The notes under the pieces were generated by a model that saw nothing but the letters and a program-made list of their open reading frames with translations, was not told the origin of the DNA and searched no databases. Shown here in pieces: positions 50,892-59,700 of a DNA stretch of 64,000 bases (positions are counted from its first letter, which is position 1; each line of letters starts with the position of its first letter). This DNA comes from an uncultured virus (IMG/VR IMGVR_UViG_3300046385_000116) (lineage: Duplodnaviria; Heunggongvirae; Uroviricota; Caudoviricetes). The translations under genes and the position numbers were made by a program. The DNA is taken from IMG/VR virus record IMGVR_UViG_3300046385_000116; one strand, 5' to 3'.

Positions 50892-51425
50892 ATGACTGCG
50901 ATTACTAGAAACCCAACCAATCCTAATATGTTACATCCTAATAAGTTCTCTTTGAACTTTTCTAGGCTGCCTAATATGCAATACTTTTGCCAAGGTGTTT
51001 CCGTACCTGGTATTTCATTGAGTGAGGTTGTTCAAACAAACCCATTTATCGACATTTATTCTCCAGGTGAGAAAGCAATCTATGATTTAATGAATGTCAC
51101 ATTCTATGTTGATGAAGAATTGACAGCTTGGAAAGAAATACATGATTGGATTCGTGCTATGACTTTTCCTACCGAATTTGCCGAATATCGTCAGTTAGGT
51201 AGATTGTCAAAAAATATTGGTAATCCAAAAACTCCACAATTTTCGGATGCAACTCTTACCTTACACTCATCATCAAATACACCACTTTACCGATTCAAAC
51301 TTAAAGATTGTTTCCCAACAACTTTATCTACCTTCGTCATGAGTGCAACTGATAGTCCAGATACCATCATAACGGCTGATGCGACATTCAGATTTGCCTA
51401 TTATGATATTGAAAAACTGTTTTAA
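50892..51425 (+). CDS. gp3: tail tube terminator gp3-like protein
   Basis: N.LHPNKF ... YFCQ....PGISL ... F.VDE.L..W.EIHDW ... DATL ... FPT.LS; position after gp23. Confidence 0.85.
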   Translation: MTAITRNPTNPNMLHPNKFSLNFSRLPNMQYFCQGVSVPGISLSEVVQTNPFIDIYSPGEKAIYDLMNVTFYVDEELTAWKEIHDWIRAMTFPTEFAEYRQLGRLSKNIGNPKTPQFSDATLTLHSSSNTPLYRFKLKDCFPTTLSTFVMSATDSPDTIITADATFRFAYYDIEKLF

Positions 51426-51437
51426 TTATGTTATAAT
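51409..51437 (+). promoter_or_regulatory. sigma70-type promoter for uvsY-uvsW
   Basis: TTGAAA-17 nt-TATAAT with extended TG. Confidence 0.65.
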
Positions 51438-51456
51438 CCTTTAAGGAGGATTCTAT

Positions 51457-51894
51457 ATGATGAATAAACTTGAAGAACTACTTGAGATGTGGCGTAAAGA
51501 TTCTGTTATTGACAGAACAGAACCAGGCAAAGAACTAATCAATATACCGCAATTACACAGTAAGTATTTGAATATACTTTCTCGTCACCGTCTTTTGGCT
51601 AAAGAAGCCGAATTCAAGTATAACAAAATGAAAAAGATTAAATGGGAATACTTTACAGGTAAACTCGATGATGAACAACTGAAACATTATGGTTGGGAGC
51701 CATTTCAATTTGTGTTGAAATCCGACATCACTACATATATGGAGAGTGATGATGATTTAAATAAATTTATGGCAAGCAAAATTATGCATGAAGAAATTGT
51801 TGATGTGTGTCAGGCAATTCTCAAAGAGTTGAATAGTCGAGTGTGGGAAATTAAATCATTTATAGATTGGGAAAAATTTATTCAAGGAATTTAA
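51457..51894 (+). CDS. uvsY: recombination mediator UvsY
   Basis: W.KDS.ID ... IPQLHSKYL ... WEYFTGK ... IK..IDW.KF..G. Confidence 0.9.
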   Translation: MMNKLEELLEMWRKDSVIDRTEPGKELINIPQLHSKYLNILSRHRLLAKEAEFKYNKMKKIKWEYFTGKLDDEQLKHYGWEPFQFVLKSDITTYMESDDDLNKFMASKIMHEEIVDVCQAILKELNSRVWEIKSFIDWEKFIQGI

Positions 51895-53363
51895 TGACTG
51901 ATACGATTATAATTACTAAGGTCGATGAGGCCTTTGTTCATATAGATTGTGAAAAACATATAGCACAAGAACTATCTAATTATTTTTGTTTTTTTGTTCC
52001 AGGATATCAATTCGTTCCAGCTTATAAAAATAGAATTTGGGATGGAAAGATACGTATGCTGGATTTAAGAACCAGTAAGATGTATCATGGTCTTGTTCCT
52101 TACATTGAAAAGTTCTGTGAAGAAAGAAATTATAAAATCTTTGTTGAACCAAAGATAAGTCTTACAGAAAATTTTTCAATTAAAGAAGCTAAAGAATTCG
52201 TTTCTACCTTAAATGTTCCTTTTGAACCACATGACTATCAGTTAAGTTCATTTGTTCATGCCATTCGTAACAAACGAATACTATTACTTTCTCCTACCGC
52301 ATCAGGTAAATCATTCATACAATATCTTATTCTTCGTAAGATACAAGATTCTGATTTTAAAAAAGGTTTACTAATTGTTCCCACAACATCATTGGTTGAA
52401 CAGATGTATTCTGATTTTGAATCTTATGGTTATGATGCCGAACAGTATTGTCACCGACAGTATGCAGGTAAAGATAAGTTTTCTAATAAGTTTTTAACTA
52501 TCACAACTTGGCAATCTATTTACAAGAACCCACAAGAATACTTTGAACAGTTCGACTTTGTTCTTGGTGATGAGGCACATCAGTTCAAGGCCAAATCATT
52601 AACTACTATTATGACTGGTTTAAATCGTGCATCTTACCGAATTGGTTGCACAGGCACATTAGATGGTACTCAGACACACCGATTAGTATTAGAAGGTTTA
52701 TTTGGTCCAGTTTATAAGGCAGTAACAACAAAAGAGTTGATTGATAATGACCATCTTGCCGCTTTTAAAATTAAATGTTTAGTATTAAAATATGATGAGG
52801 CAATCTGTAAACAAGCTAGAGATTGGGACTATCATACTGAAATGGACTACATAGTAGGAAATGCATCAAGAAACCAATTCATTAAGAATCTTGCCTTGTC
52901 ATTAAAAGGCAACTCCCTTGTATTATTCCAGTTCGTAGAAAAACATGGAAAAATATTATATCAACTAATCAACGAAGAAAAGAAGAAACGGAAAGTATTC
53001 TTTGTATTCGGAGGAACAGATGTTGAAGTTCGTGAATCAATACGTGCCATTACTGAAAAAGAAAATGACGCTATTATTATTGCATCGTATGGTACCTTTT
53101 CTACTGGTATTAACATTCGCAATTTGCATAATGTGGTATTTGCAAGCCCTAGTAAAAGTCGTGTTCGCAATCTACAATCCATAGGCCGTGGATTACGTAA
53201 AGGTGATAACAAAGAAGAGGCAGTATTATATGATATTGCAGATGACTTTAGAGTAGGCAAATTTACCAACTACACCTTGAAACATTTTGTTGAACGTGTT
53301 AAAATATATGACGATGAAAAGTTTGAATATAAATTCTATAACATAGAGCTCAAAAATGGATAA
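51894..53363 (+). CDS. uvsW: DNA helicase UvsW (SF2)
   Basis: WDGKIR, SPTASGKS, GDEAHQF, TGTL, QSIGRGLR. Confidence 0.95.
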   Translation: MTDTIIITKVDEAFVHIDCEKHIAQELSNYFCFFVPGYQFVPAYKNRIWDGKIRMLDLRTSKMYHGLVPYIEKFCEERNYKIFVEPKISLTENFSIKEAKEFVSTLNVPFEPHDYQLSSFVHAIRNKRILLLSPTASGKSFIQYLILRKIQDSDFKKGLLIVPTTSLVEQMYSDFESYGYDAEQYCHRQYAGKDKFSNKFLTITTWQSIYKNPQEYFEQFDFVLGDEAHQFKAKSLTTIMTGLNRASYRIGCTGTLDGTQTHRLVLEGLFGPVYKAVTTKELIDNDHLAAFKIKCLVLKYDEAICKQARDWDYHTEMDYIVGNASRNQFIKNLALSLKGNSLVLFQFVEKHGKILYQLINEEKKKRKVFFVFGGTDVEVRESIRAITEKENDAIIIASYGTFSTGINIRNLHNVVFASPSKSRVRNLQSIGRGLRKGDNKEEAVLYDIADDFRVGKFTNYTLKHFVERVKIYDDEKFEYKFYNIELKNG

Positions 53364-53805
53364 TATAAAAATAATTAGATTACAGAGTGGTGAAGATATC
53401 ATAGCAGCTTACCGAGAAGAAAACGGAGAAGGTACAGTTCTTCTAGCTAATCCAATGACTTTATTATTTAAAAGACTTCCAACAGGCAAAGCAATCATGT
53501 TAATGTCACCTTGGTTGCCTGTAGAATTAATTGAAAGTAATGCCACATGGGTATACACAGATGATATTTTATCTGTTATGCAACCTAAGGCAAATCTAAT
53601 TGATTATTACAACAAGTCAATTAAAGATTTAGAAATTGAAATGTTGGCTTCAAGTAACGATGTCGACCAAGCACTGTCATCTTACGATGACCTTCCAGAA
53701 TATGAGGGTGATGAGTTGGATGTAGAAGAAGAAATCAACGAAGAAGAATTAATGGAAGAACTTAACCAATTAAGACAAGATGTTAAGAAGAGGTTGTTAC
53801 ATTAA
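53356..53805 (+). CDS. conserved T4-like hypothetical protein (Sm-like fold, acidic tail)
   Basis: IRLQSGEDII ... L.NP ... PWLP; conserved position between uvsW and gp55. Confidence 0.65.
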   Translation: MDNIKIIRLQSGEDIIAAYREENGEGTVLLANPMTLLFKRLPTGKAIMLMSPWLPVELIESNATWVYTDDILSVMQPKANLIDYYNKSIKDLEIEMLASSNDVDQALSSYDDLPEYEGDELDVEEEINEEELMEELNQLRQDVKKRLLH

Positions 53806-53902
53806 TTAGGTATTGGATAACTTATATTCAAACCCAACACCGAGAGAATAACACTTGTCAAGCACCAAATGAGGCAAAGGTGCTAATAGATTGTAAATAT
53901 AT

Positions 53903-53931
53903 TTGCCATTAGTATTTTGATGTTATATAAT
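53903..53931 (+). promoter_or_regulatory. sigma70-type early promoter for gp55
   Basis: TTGCCA-17 nt-TATAAT. Confidence 0.7.
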
Positions 53932-53954
53932 GATTACATAACTTGGAACATATT

Positions 53955-54536
53955 ATGAGTAAAAAAACTAAACACTATATTAATAACGCAGACTTCTTAA
54001 AGGCCTTGATAGACTATCGTGCTGCCTGTGATGAAGCTAAACGAAACGATAAACAAGACCCAATAGTACCCAATTATATTGGTGAATGTTTCATCAAGAT
54101 TGCGGAACACCTATCCCGCAAACCAAACTTTGTATCTTACTCTTTCCGAGATGAGATGATTGCGGATGGTATTGAAAACTGTATCATGTATTTCCGTAAT
54201 TTCAATCCAGACAAATCAACAAATCCATTTGCCTACTTCACTCAAATTATTTACTTTGCCTTTCTACGAAGAATTACAAGAGAGAAGAAACAACTTTATG
54301 TAAAATACAAAGCTACTGAACAGTTCGGTATTTTAGATGAAGGTGAAATGTATGAAGATTCTGAAGGCAATATGCAACAGTTCGTTATGTATGATAATAT
54401 TGCAGAGTTCATTCATACCTTTGAAGAAAACAAAAAGGCAAAGAAGAAAACAAAAACAAAAGGCCTTGAAAACTTCATTGAGGCAGAGTTGCCAATAGAC
54501 GTAGAACAAGTGCCTGAAATTCCACCCGAATTGTAG
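53955..54536 (+). CDS. gp55: late-transcription sigma factor gp55
   Basis: HYINNADF, NFVSYSFRDEMIADGIENC, NPFAYFTQIIYFAFLRRI..EKKQ. Confidence 0.95.
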   Translation: MSKKTKHYINNADFLKALIDYRAACDEAKRNDKQDPIVPNYIGECFIKIAEHLSRKPNFVSYSFRDEMIADGIENCIMYFRNFNPDKSTNPFAYFTQIIYFAFLRRITREKKQLYVKYKATEQFGILDEGEMYEDSEGNMQQFVMYDNIAEFIHTFEENKKAKKKTKTKGLENFIEAELPIDVEQVPEIPPEL

Positions 54537-54551
54537 TATAATTAATAGATT

Positions 54552-55622
54552 ATGAAAATAGCTATCATTTCAGATACCCACGCAGGTGCTCGAGGAGACA
54601 ATCCTTTATTTAATGAATACTTCTTTAAGTTTTGGGAAGGCACATTCTTTCCTTATTTGGAACAGAATAACATTACTCATATTTGCCATCTTGGTGATGT
54701 GGTTGACCGTAGAAAGTTTATCAACTTTGTTACATTAAATTCTTGGCGTAAACGATTCTTTGATGTATTGGCTCAGAGAAATATCTCGATGGATGTTATT
54801 GTTGGTAACCATGATGTTACTTACAAGAATACCAATGAGATTAATGCTATGCAAGAATTGTTTGACCATTATGATAACATTAATGTTTACACAGAACCTT
54901 TAACAAAAGAATATGAAGGTTGTAAAGTTGCATTGACACCTTGGATTAATTCAGGTAATTATGAACAATCATTAGAGTTTCTAAAGACTACTGAAGCACA
55001 GATTTGTTTTGGCCATTTTGAGATTGCAGGCTTTGAAATGGACAGAGGCAATATCTGCCACACAGGTATGAATAAACAAACCTTTGATAGGTTTGATTTG
55101 GTTCTATCTGGACATTTTCATCACAAATCTACACATGATAATATCTATTACCTTGGTAATCAATATGAAATTACTTGGGCAGATTATGGTGATGAACGTG
55201 GTTTCCATGTGTTCGATACTGAAACTAGAGAACTAACATTTGTTCCTAATCCATTTAAGATGTTCCATAAAATATCTTATGATGATGGTGTAACTGATTT
55301 TGAATATTGGAAAGGTGTTGACTTCGAACAATACCGTGACACATATGTTAAGATTGTTGTAGTCAATAAACAAAACCCATATTTGTTTGATAATGTCTTA
55401 GATAGATTATATAAAGCTGGTGTTGCTGATATTGCCGTTGTTGAAGATTTTACGGATAATTCGGTAGACTTAGATGAAGAAATTGTAAATCAGGCAGAAG
55501 ATACTATGACAATTCTAAACAAGTACATTGACGGCTTGACATTGAATGTTGAACCTGATAAACTGAAGAATATTATGAAAGAATTATATATTGAATCTTT
55601 AAATGTGGAAGTTAATGAATGA
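54552..55622 (+). CDS. gp47: recombination endonuclease subunit gp47 (Mre11/SbcD-like)
   Basis: SDTH, GDVVDRR, GNHD, GHFE, SGHFHH phosphoesterase motifs. Confidence 0.95.
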   Translation: MKIAIISDTHAGARGDNPLFNEYFFKFWEGTFFPYLEQNNITHICHLGDVVDRRKFINFVTLNSWRKRFFDVLAQRNISMDVIVGNHDVTYKNTNEINAMQELFDHYDNINVYTEPLTKEYEGCKVALTPWINSGNYEQSLEFLKTTEAQICFGHFEIAGFEMDRGNICHTGMNKQTFDRFDLVLSGHFHHKSTHDNIYYLGNQYEITWADYGDERGFHVFDTETRELTFVPNPFKMFHKISYDDGVTDFEYWKGVDFEQYRDTYVKIVVVNKQNPYLFDNVLDRLYKAGVADIAVVEDFTDNSVDLDEEIVNQAEDTMTILNKYIDGLTLNVEPDKLKNIMKELYIESLNVEVNE

Positions 55623-57331
55623 TTGTATTCCGAAAGTTACGTTTTAAGAACTTCTTAAGCACTGGTAATTTCTTCACAGAAATACAATTTGATAAATCTC
55701 CTAACACACTAATTGTTGGTAGTAATGGTGCAGGTAAATCTACAATGCTTGATGCGTTGTGTTTTGCCTTATTCAACAAAGCATTCCGTAACATTACTAA
55801 ACCACAACTAGTCAACTCAATCAACGAGAAAGAATGTGTTGTTGAGATTGAGTTTGATGCCCATAACAAATCATATAAGATTGTTCGTGGTATCAAACCT
55901 AATACATTTGAAATTTATTGTAATGGTGAATTGATTAATCAAGATGCGGCTATTCGTGATTATCAAGAGTATCTTGAAAAGTTTATTCTTAAATTAAACT
56001 ACAAATCATTCACACAGATTGTTATTCTTGGTTCGGCATCATTTGTTCCTTTCATGCAACTATCAGCAACTGACCGAAGAGCCATCATTGAGGACTTACT
56101 CGATATCGGCATCTTTTCTACGATGAATGGTTTGTTGAAAGACAAAGTTGCGATGAACAAAGAAGAATTAACTGCCAACAAATATGATATTGAAATCTCA
56201 ACACAGAAATTTGAGATGCAAGAAAAACATATTCAACAGGTGAAACAAAATAATGATGATAAGGTAAAAGAATATGAGGCCGAGATATTATCAAATAACG
56301 ATACCGTGCAGTCCCTTCATGGAAAGATTGGGACAATCCAGGAAGAAATTGATATTCTTCAAGGACAGATATCGTCTAAAACTCAACTGGAAGCGAAACT
56401 CAAAGAAATATCTAAGATTGAATCAAAGGTTGAAACAAACTTATCCAAATTTCGTAAAGATATCGGTTTCTTTGAACAGAATGACCATTGTCCAACGTGT
56501 AGGCAAACCATTACCATGGAAGTTAAGGAGAAAGAACTTGAAACTTTACAAGGGAAGGTTACAGAGTGCGAACATGGTCTATCGCAAATAGAATCTAAAT
56601 TAGTAGAAGAACAAAACAAATTAAATGCCATGATTGAAGTACAGAAACAAATTCAGTCATTGAACATTCAAGTGGCTCAGAATAATACCACAATCAATGA
56701 AACTAACAAGTATATTGGTAAGTTACAGAAACAAATTGAGGCATTACAGAATACACAACATAATTTAGAAGATGCTACTGAAAAGTTAAATCAGATTAAA
56801 GAACTTGTTGCCTTGAATGAGAGTAAACGTAAAGAGTTGATTGATGAGAAAACTTATTATGATGCAGCTTCAATTCTATTAAAAGACACTGGTATCAAAA
56901 CTAAGATTGTCAGACAGTATTTGCCTGTTATCAATAAACTGGTAAACAAATATTTGGCAAGTATGGATTTCTTTGTCAACTTTAATTTAGACGAATCATT
57001 CAAAGAAACAATTAAATCAAGGCATCGTGATGAGTTTAGTTATGCCTCATTCAGTGAGGGTGAGAAACAAAGAATTGATATGGCTTTGATGTTGACTTGG
57101 CGTGCTGTTGCTAAGTTGAAGAATAGTGCCAACACAAATCTATTAATTTTAGATGAAGTGTTTGATAGTAGTTTAGATGCAAACGGTACAGAATATCTGA
57201 TGAACCTATTGCACCTATTAGAGGATGTAAACTTATTTGTTATCTCCCACAAAGGAGATATTCTACAAGATAAGTTTAGGTCTATTATTAAATTCGAGAA
57301 GGTCAACAATTTCAGTAGGATTGCAAAATGA
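55619..57331 (+). CDS. gp46: recombination ATPase subunit gp46 (Rad50/SbcC-like)
   Basis: GSNGAGKST, zinc hook CPTC, FSEGEK, LILDEVFD. Confidence 0.96.
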   Translation: MIVFRKLRFKNFLSTGNFFTEIQFDKSPNTLIVGSNGAGKSTMLDALCFALFNKAFRNITKPQLVNSINEKECVVEIEFDAHNKSYKIVRGIKPNTFEIYCNGELINQDAAIRDYQEYLEKFILKLNYKSFTQIVILGSASFVPFMQLSATDRRAIIEDLLDIGIFSTMNGLLKDKVAMNKEELTANKYDIEISTQKFEMQEKHIQQVKQNNDDKVKEYEAEILSNNDTVQSLHGKIGTIQEEIDILQGQISSKTQLEAKLKEISKIESKVETNLSKFRKDIGFFEQNDHCPTCRQTITMEVKEKELETLQGKVTECEHGLSQIESKLVEEQNKLNAMIEVQKQIQSLNIQVAQNNTTINETNKYIGKLQKQIEALQNTQHNLEDATEKLNQIKELVALNESKRKELIDEKTYYDAASILLKDTGIKTKIVRQYLPVINKLVNKYLASMDFFVNFNLDESFKETIKSRHRDEFSYASFSEGEKQRIDMALMLTWRAVAKLKNSANTNLLILDEVFDSSLDANGTEYLMNLLHLLEDVNLFVISHKGDILQDKFRSIIKFEKVNNFSRIAK

Positions 57332-57900
57332 GTAATGAATTAATTATTGATACAGGTAGTAATGTAGTAAAAGAAAATCGGACAGAACCATTAACTGTTT
57401 TTAATGAAAAACATCCTATGTTGTCGGCTGTAATGCCTGAATATGATGTATCTTCTTTACCTAATTCACATATGAATGAATTGACGGCAAGACTTAAATT
57501 GACCATGAAGTTATATTCAGGCATCGGCTTGTCTGCTAATCAATGTGCCGTGCAGGAAAGAGTATTTGTCATCGGCACAGACCATTTTCAAATGGTTTGT
57601 ATCAACCCTAAAGTTATTAACAAGTCGGCAGAAGAAACAAAACGCAAAGAAGGTTGCCTCTCTAGTCCAGGCTTATTTGTTACAATACCAAGAAGTAACT
57701 CAATAGATGTTGAATACTATACCGAACTAGGTGAATTAAAACAACTCACACTTGATGGTGTAACAGCTCAATGCTTTCAACATGAACTTGACCACTTGAA
57801 TGGTATCACATTTACCTCTAAAGCTGGTCCTGTTGCGTTACAATTAGCAAAGAAGAAACAACAGAAATTAATTAAAAAAGTAAAGAAACTATACAAATAA
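57328..57900 (+). CDS. def: peptide deformylase
   Basis: GIGLSANQ, EGCLS, QHELDHLNG. Confidence 0.95.
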   Translation: MSNELIIDTGSNVVKENRTEPLTVFNEKHPMLSAVMPEYDVSSLPNSHMNELTARLKLTMKLYSGIGLSANQCAVQERVFVIGTDHFQMVCINPKVINKSAEETKRKEGCLSSPGLFVTIPRSNSIDVEYYTELGELKQLTLDGVTAQCFQHELDHLNGITFTSKAGPVALQLAKKKQQKLIKKVKKLYK

Positions 57901-59243
57901 TGGCATATGCATTTGACCCTAAAGATGATGTAGAAGCACAATGGCAGAAGTGGCAAGAAGCCAACCCACCATCAACATATTTAAATATTGATGAGGGTGA
58001 TTTGCGTGAAACAGTTATCCGAGATTTAACTTATGTTTCTAAAATGGATGTGAAAGAATACACACTTTACCAAAAGTGGTGTGAAATTCAACAGAAATAT
58101 CCGACACAAAGAAACATGACTGTCTTTGGGGAAGAAGAAGTATTCCTTGTTGACCCATCACAACAGAAACTTGTTGATGAGGTAAAGAGTAACATTTGGG
58201 TTCCACAGAATCCAGATTCTTACCTTGACTTAGAGCCTGTATTGGAATATACAGACGATTCTGGTGAAACAACTCGCATCGCAGTTGACGGCACAGAGGT
58301 TAAGGTTGACAGAAAACGAAATAAAGAACTACCTGAAAAGTGGAATACTATCAGAAACTTTATTTCTACAATGAAGAACAATAGTAATATTGGCCGTAAT
58401 CTAAACTTTATCGTTAAAGATAATAAAACAGGTAAATATCTTGGTGTGATTTGTATCTCATCAGACTTTCTTGATTTAACTCCACGTGATGACAAGATTG
58501 GTTGGCCAAGAGATTTGAAAACTACTGGCGGTATGATTAATCACACTGCTATTGGTTCTACTATTGTTCCATTCCAACCACTAGGTTATAACTATGTGGG
58601 TGGTAAACTACTAGCTTTACTTTGCCTTTCAGATGAAGTGCAAAATCTTTGGAAGAAACAATATGGTGATACACTTATCGGTGTAACTACAACATCATTG
58701 TATGGCAAAACTAAAGCTGGTGGTCTTTCTCAGTATGATAACCTTGACCATTGGCAACCGATGGGATTCACAAGTGGTTCAGTATCATTTGAACCAGAAC
58801 GTGATACTCGTTATAAGATTCGTGAATGGTTAAAGGCTAATCATACAAGAAAATACTTTGAGTGGTATGTTGCGAAGAAGCCTTCAGGACAACCACACAA
58901 ACGTGACCATAAGAATCGGTCTCTAGCGTTTACATACTCTAAGATGAGTGTGCCAAAAGAACTAATCAGAACCGAACACGCAAGAGGTATATACTTTAGC
59001 CCGTTATACGACAACTCCTATGAATTCTTGCGAGGTGAGATTAAAGAAACTGAATTGGTAAAATCTTTTGATACATCATACGAATCCCTAGTCAAGATTT
59101 GGAAAGAGAAACACGCTAGAGGCCGAATTGGTTTTCTAAAGAAGAAAGATAAAGTATCAAGTGAAGTTTTATTTTATGATGACCTCATATATTTGGATTG
59201 GGAACAGACCAAGGCAAAATACTTAGGGCAAGTCGGTAGATAA
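57900..59243 (+). CDS. DUF4338/DruA-family (Mom-like, GNAT-fold) protein
   Basis: GRNLNFIVKD..TGKYLGVI.ISSD..DL..RD..IGW; VP.QP.GYN.VGGKLLALL; TTTSLYGK...SQY; W..MGFTSG. Motifs recognised by eye. Confidence 0.7.
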   Translation: MAYAFDPKDDVEAQWQKWQEANPPSTYLNIDEGDLRETVIRDLTYVSKMDVKEYTLYQKWCEIQQKYPTQRNMTVFGEEEVFLVDPSQQKLVDEVKSNIWVPQNPDSYLDLEPVLEYTDDSGETTRIAVDGTEVKVDRKRNKELPEKWNTIRNFISTMKNNSNIGRNLNFIVKDNKTGKYLGVICISSDFLDLTPRDDKIGWPRDLKTTGGMINHTAIGSTIVPFQPLGYNYVGGKLLALLCLSDEVQNLWKKQYGDTLIGVTTTSLYGKTKAGGLSQYDNLDHWQPMGFTSGSVSFEPERDTRYKIREWLKANHTRKYFEWYVAKKPSGQPHKRDHKNRSLAFTYSKMSVPKELIRTEHARGIYFSPLYDNSYEFLRGEIKETELVKSFDTSYESLVKIWKEKHARGRIGFLKKKDKVSSEVLFYDDLIYLDWEQTKAKYLGQVGR

Positions 59244-59265
59244 AAACAATTGCCTCGAAAAGGGC

Positions 59266-59294
59266 TTGATTTTAATAAAAAAGTCCTATATAAT
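59266..59294 (+). promoter_or_regulatory. sigma70-type promoter driving the tRNA-like RNA
   Basis: TTGATT (59266-59271)-17 nt-TATAAT (59289-59294); predicted start about 59301. Confidence 0.75.
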
Positions 59295-59303
59295 TATATC
59301 AAT

Positions 59304-59371
59304 GCGGTGTAGTACAGACTAGAGTAGGTGTCCAATCTACTTGCTTGGTGCGAATCCAAGACACCGCTCCA
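59304..59371 (+). tRNA. non-canonical tRNA-Gly(TCC)-like RNA with reduced D-arm and encoded CCA
   Basis: Acceptor GCGGTGT/ACACCGC plus T plus CCA; anticodon arm GTAGG-TGTCCAA-TCTAC; T arm CTTGG-TGCGAAT-CCAAG; only 13 nt between the acceptor and anticodon stems. Confidence 0.85.
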
Positions 59372-59378
59372 AATTCTG

Positions 59379-59403
59379 AACCCTACCTTTCGGTAGGGTT
59401 TTT
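59379..59403 (+). terminator. rho-independent terminator after the tRNA-like RNA
   Basis: AACCCTACC-TTTC-GGTAGGGTT followed by TTT. Confidence 0.85.
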
Positions 59404-59464
59404 CTTTATTGCCTCAAATAAATACCAGTTGTGTTATACTATCTTCTTTGAATAGGAGAATAAT

Positions 59465-59653
59465 ATGTATGATGGCCAATTAATCGAAGATTATTCCCAT
59501 ACCCTTATCGATCAAGAAGAAATGCACTTTTATTCTTGTATTGCCGATGTCTTGGATGCCTTTAAAACTCACGGAGTAGACCATGTCCTCAATGAGGTAT
59601 CTAAAAATACCGTTATGAAACAACAGCTTAGAGAGTGGCTTGCCAAACAGTGA
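59465..59653 (+). CDS. hypothetical protein
   Basis: AGGAG SD; extended -10 element TGTTATACT upstream. Confidence 0.55.
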   Translation: MYDGQLIEDYSHTLIDQEEMHFYSCIADVLDAFKTHGVDHVLNEVSKNTVMKQQLREWLAKQ

Positions 59654-59668
59654 TATTTGTGTTATAAT
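59640..59668 (+). promoter_or_regulatory. sigma70-type early promoter
   Basis: TTGCCA-17 nt-TATAAT with extended TG. Confidence 0.7.
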
Positions 59669-59700
59669 GGTAATTATTATAGTGGAAAAGTATAGAAAAT

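Noticed and set aside
40235..57331. Inteins in terminase, UvsW or gp46
   Set aside because: Protein lengths are typical and no intein splice motifs or insertions were seen.
57900..59243. Complete Druantia anti-phage defence system
   Set aside because: Only a DruA/DUF4338-like gene is present. There is no DruE helicase or other Dru gene, and the context is a phage replication block.
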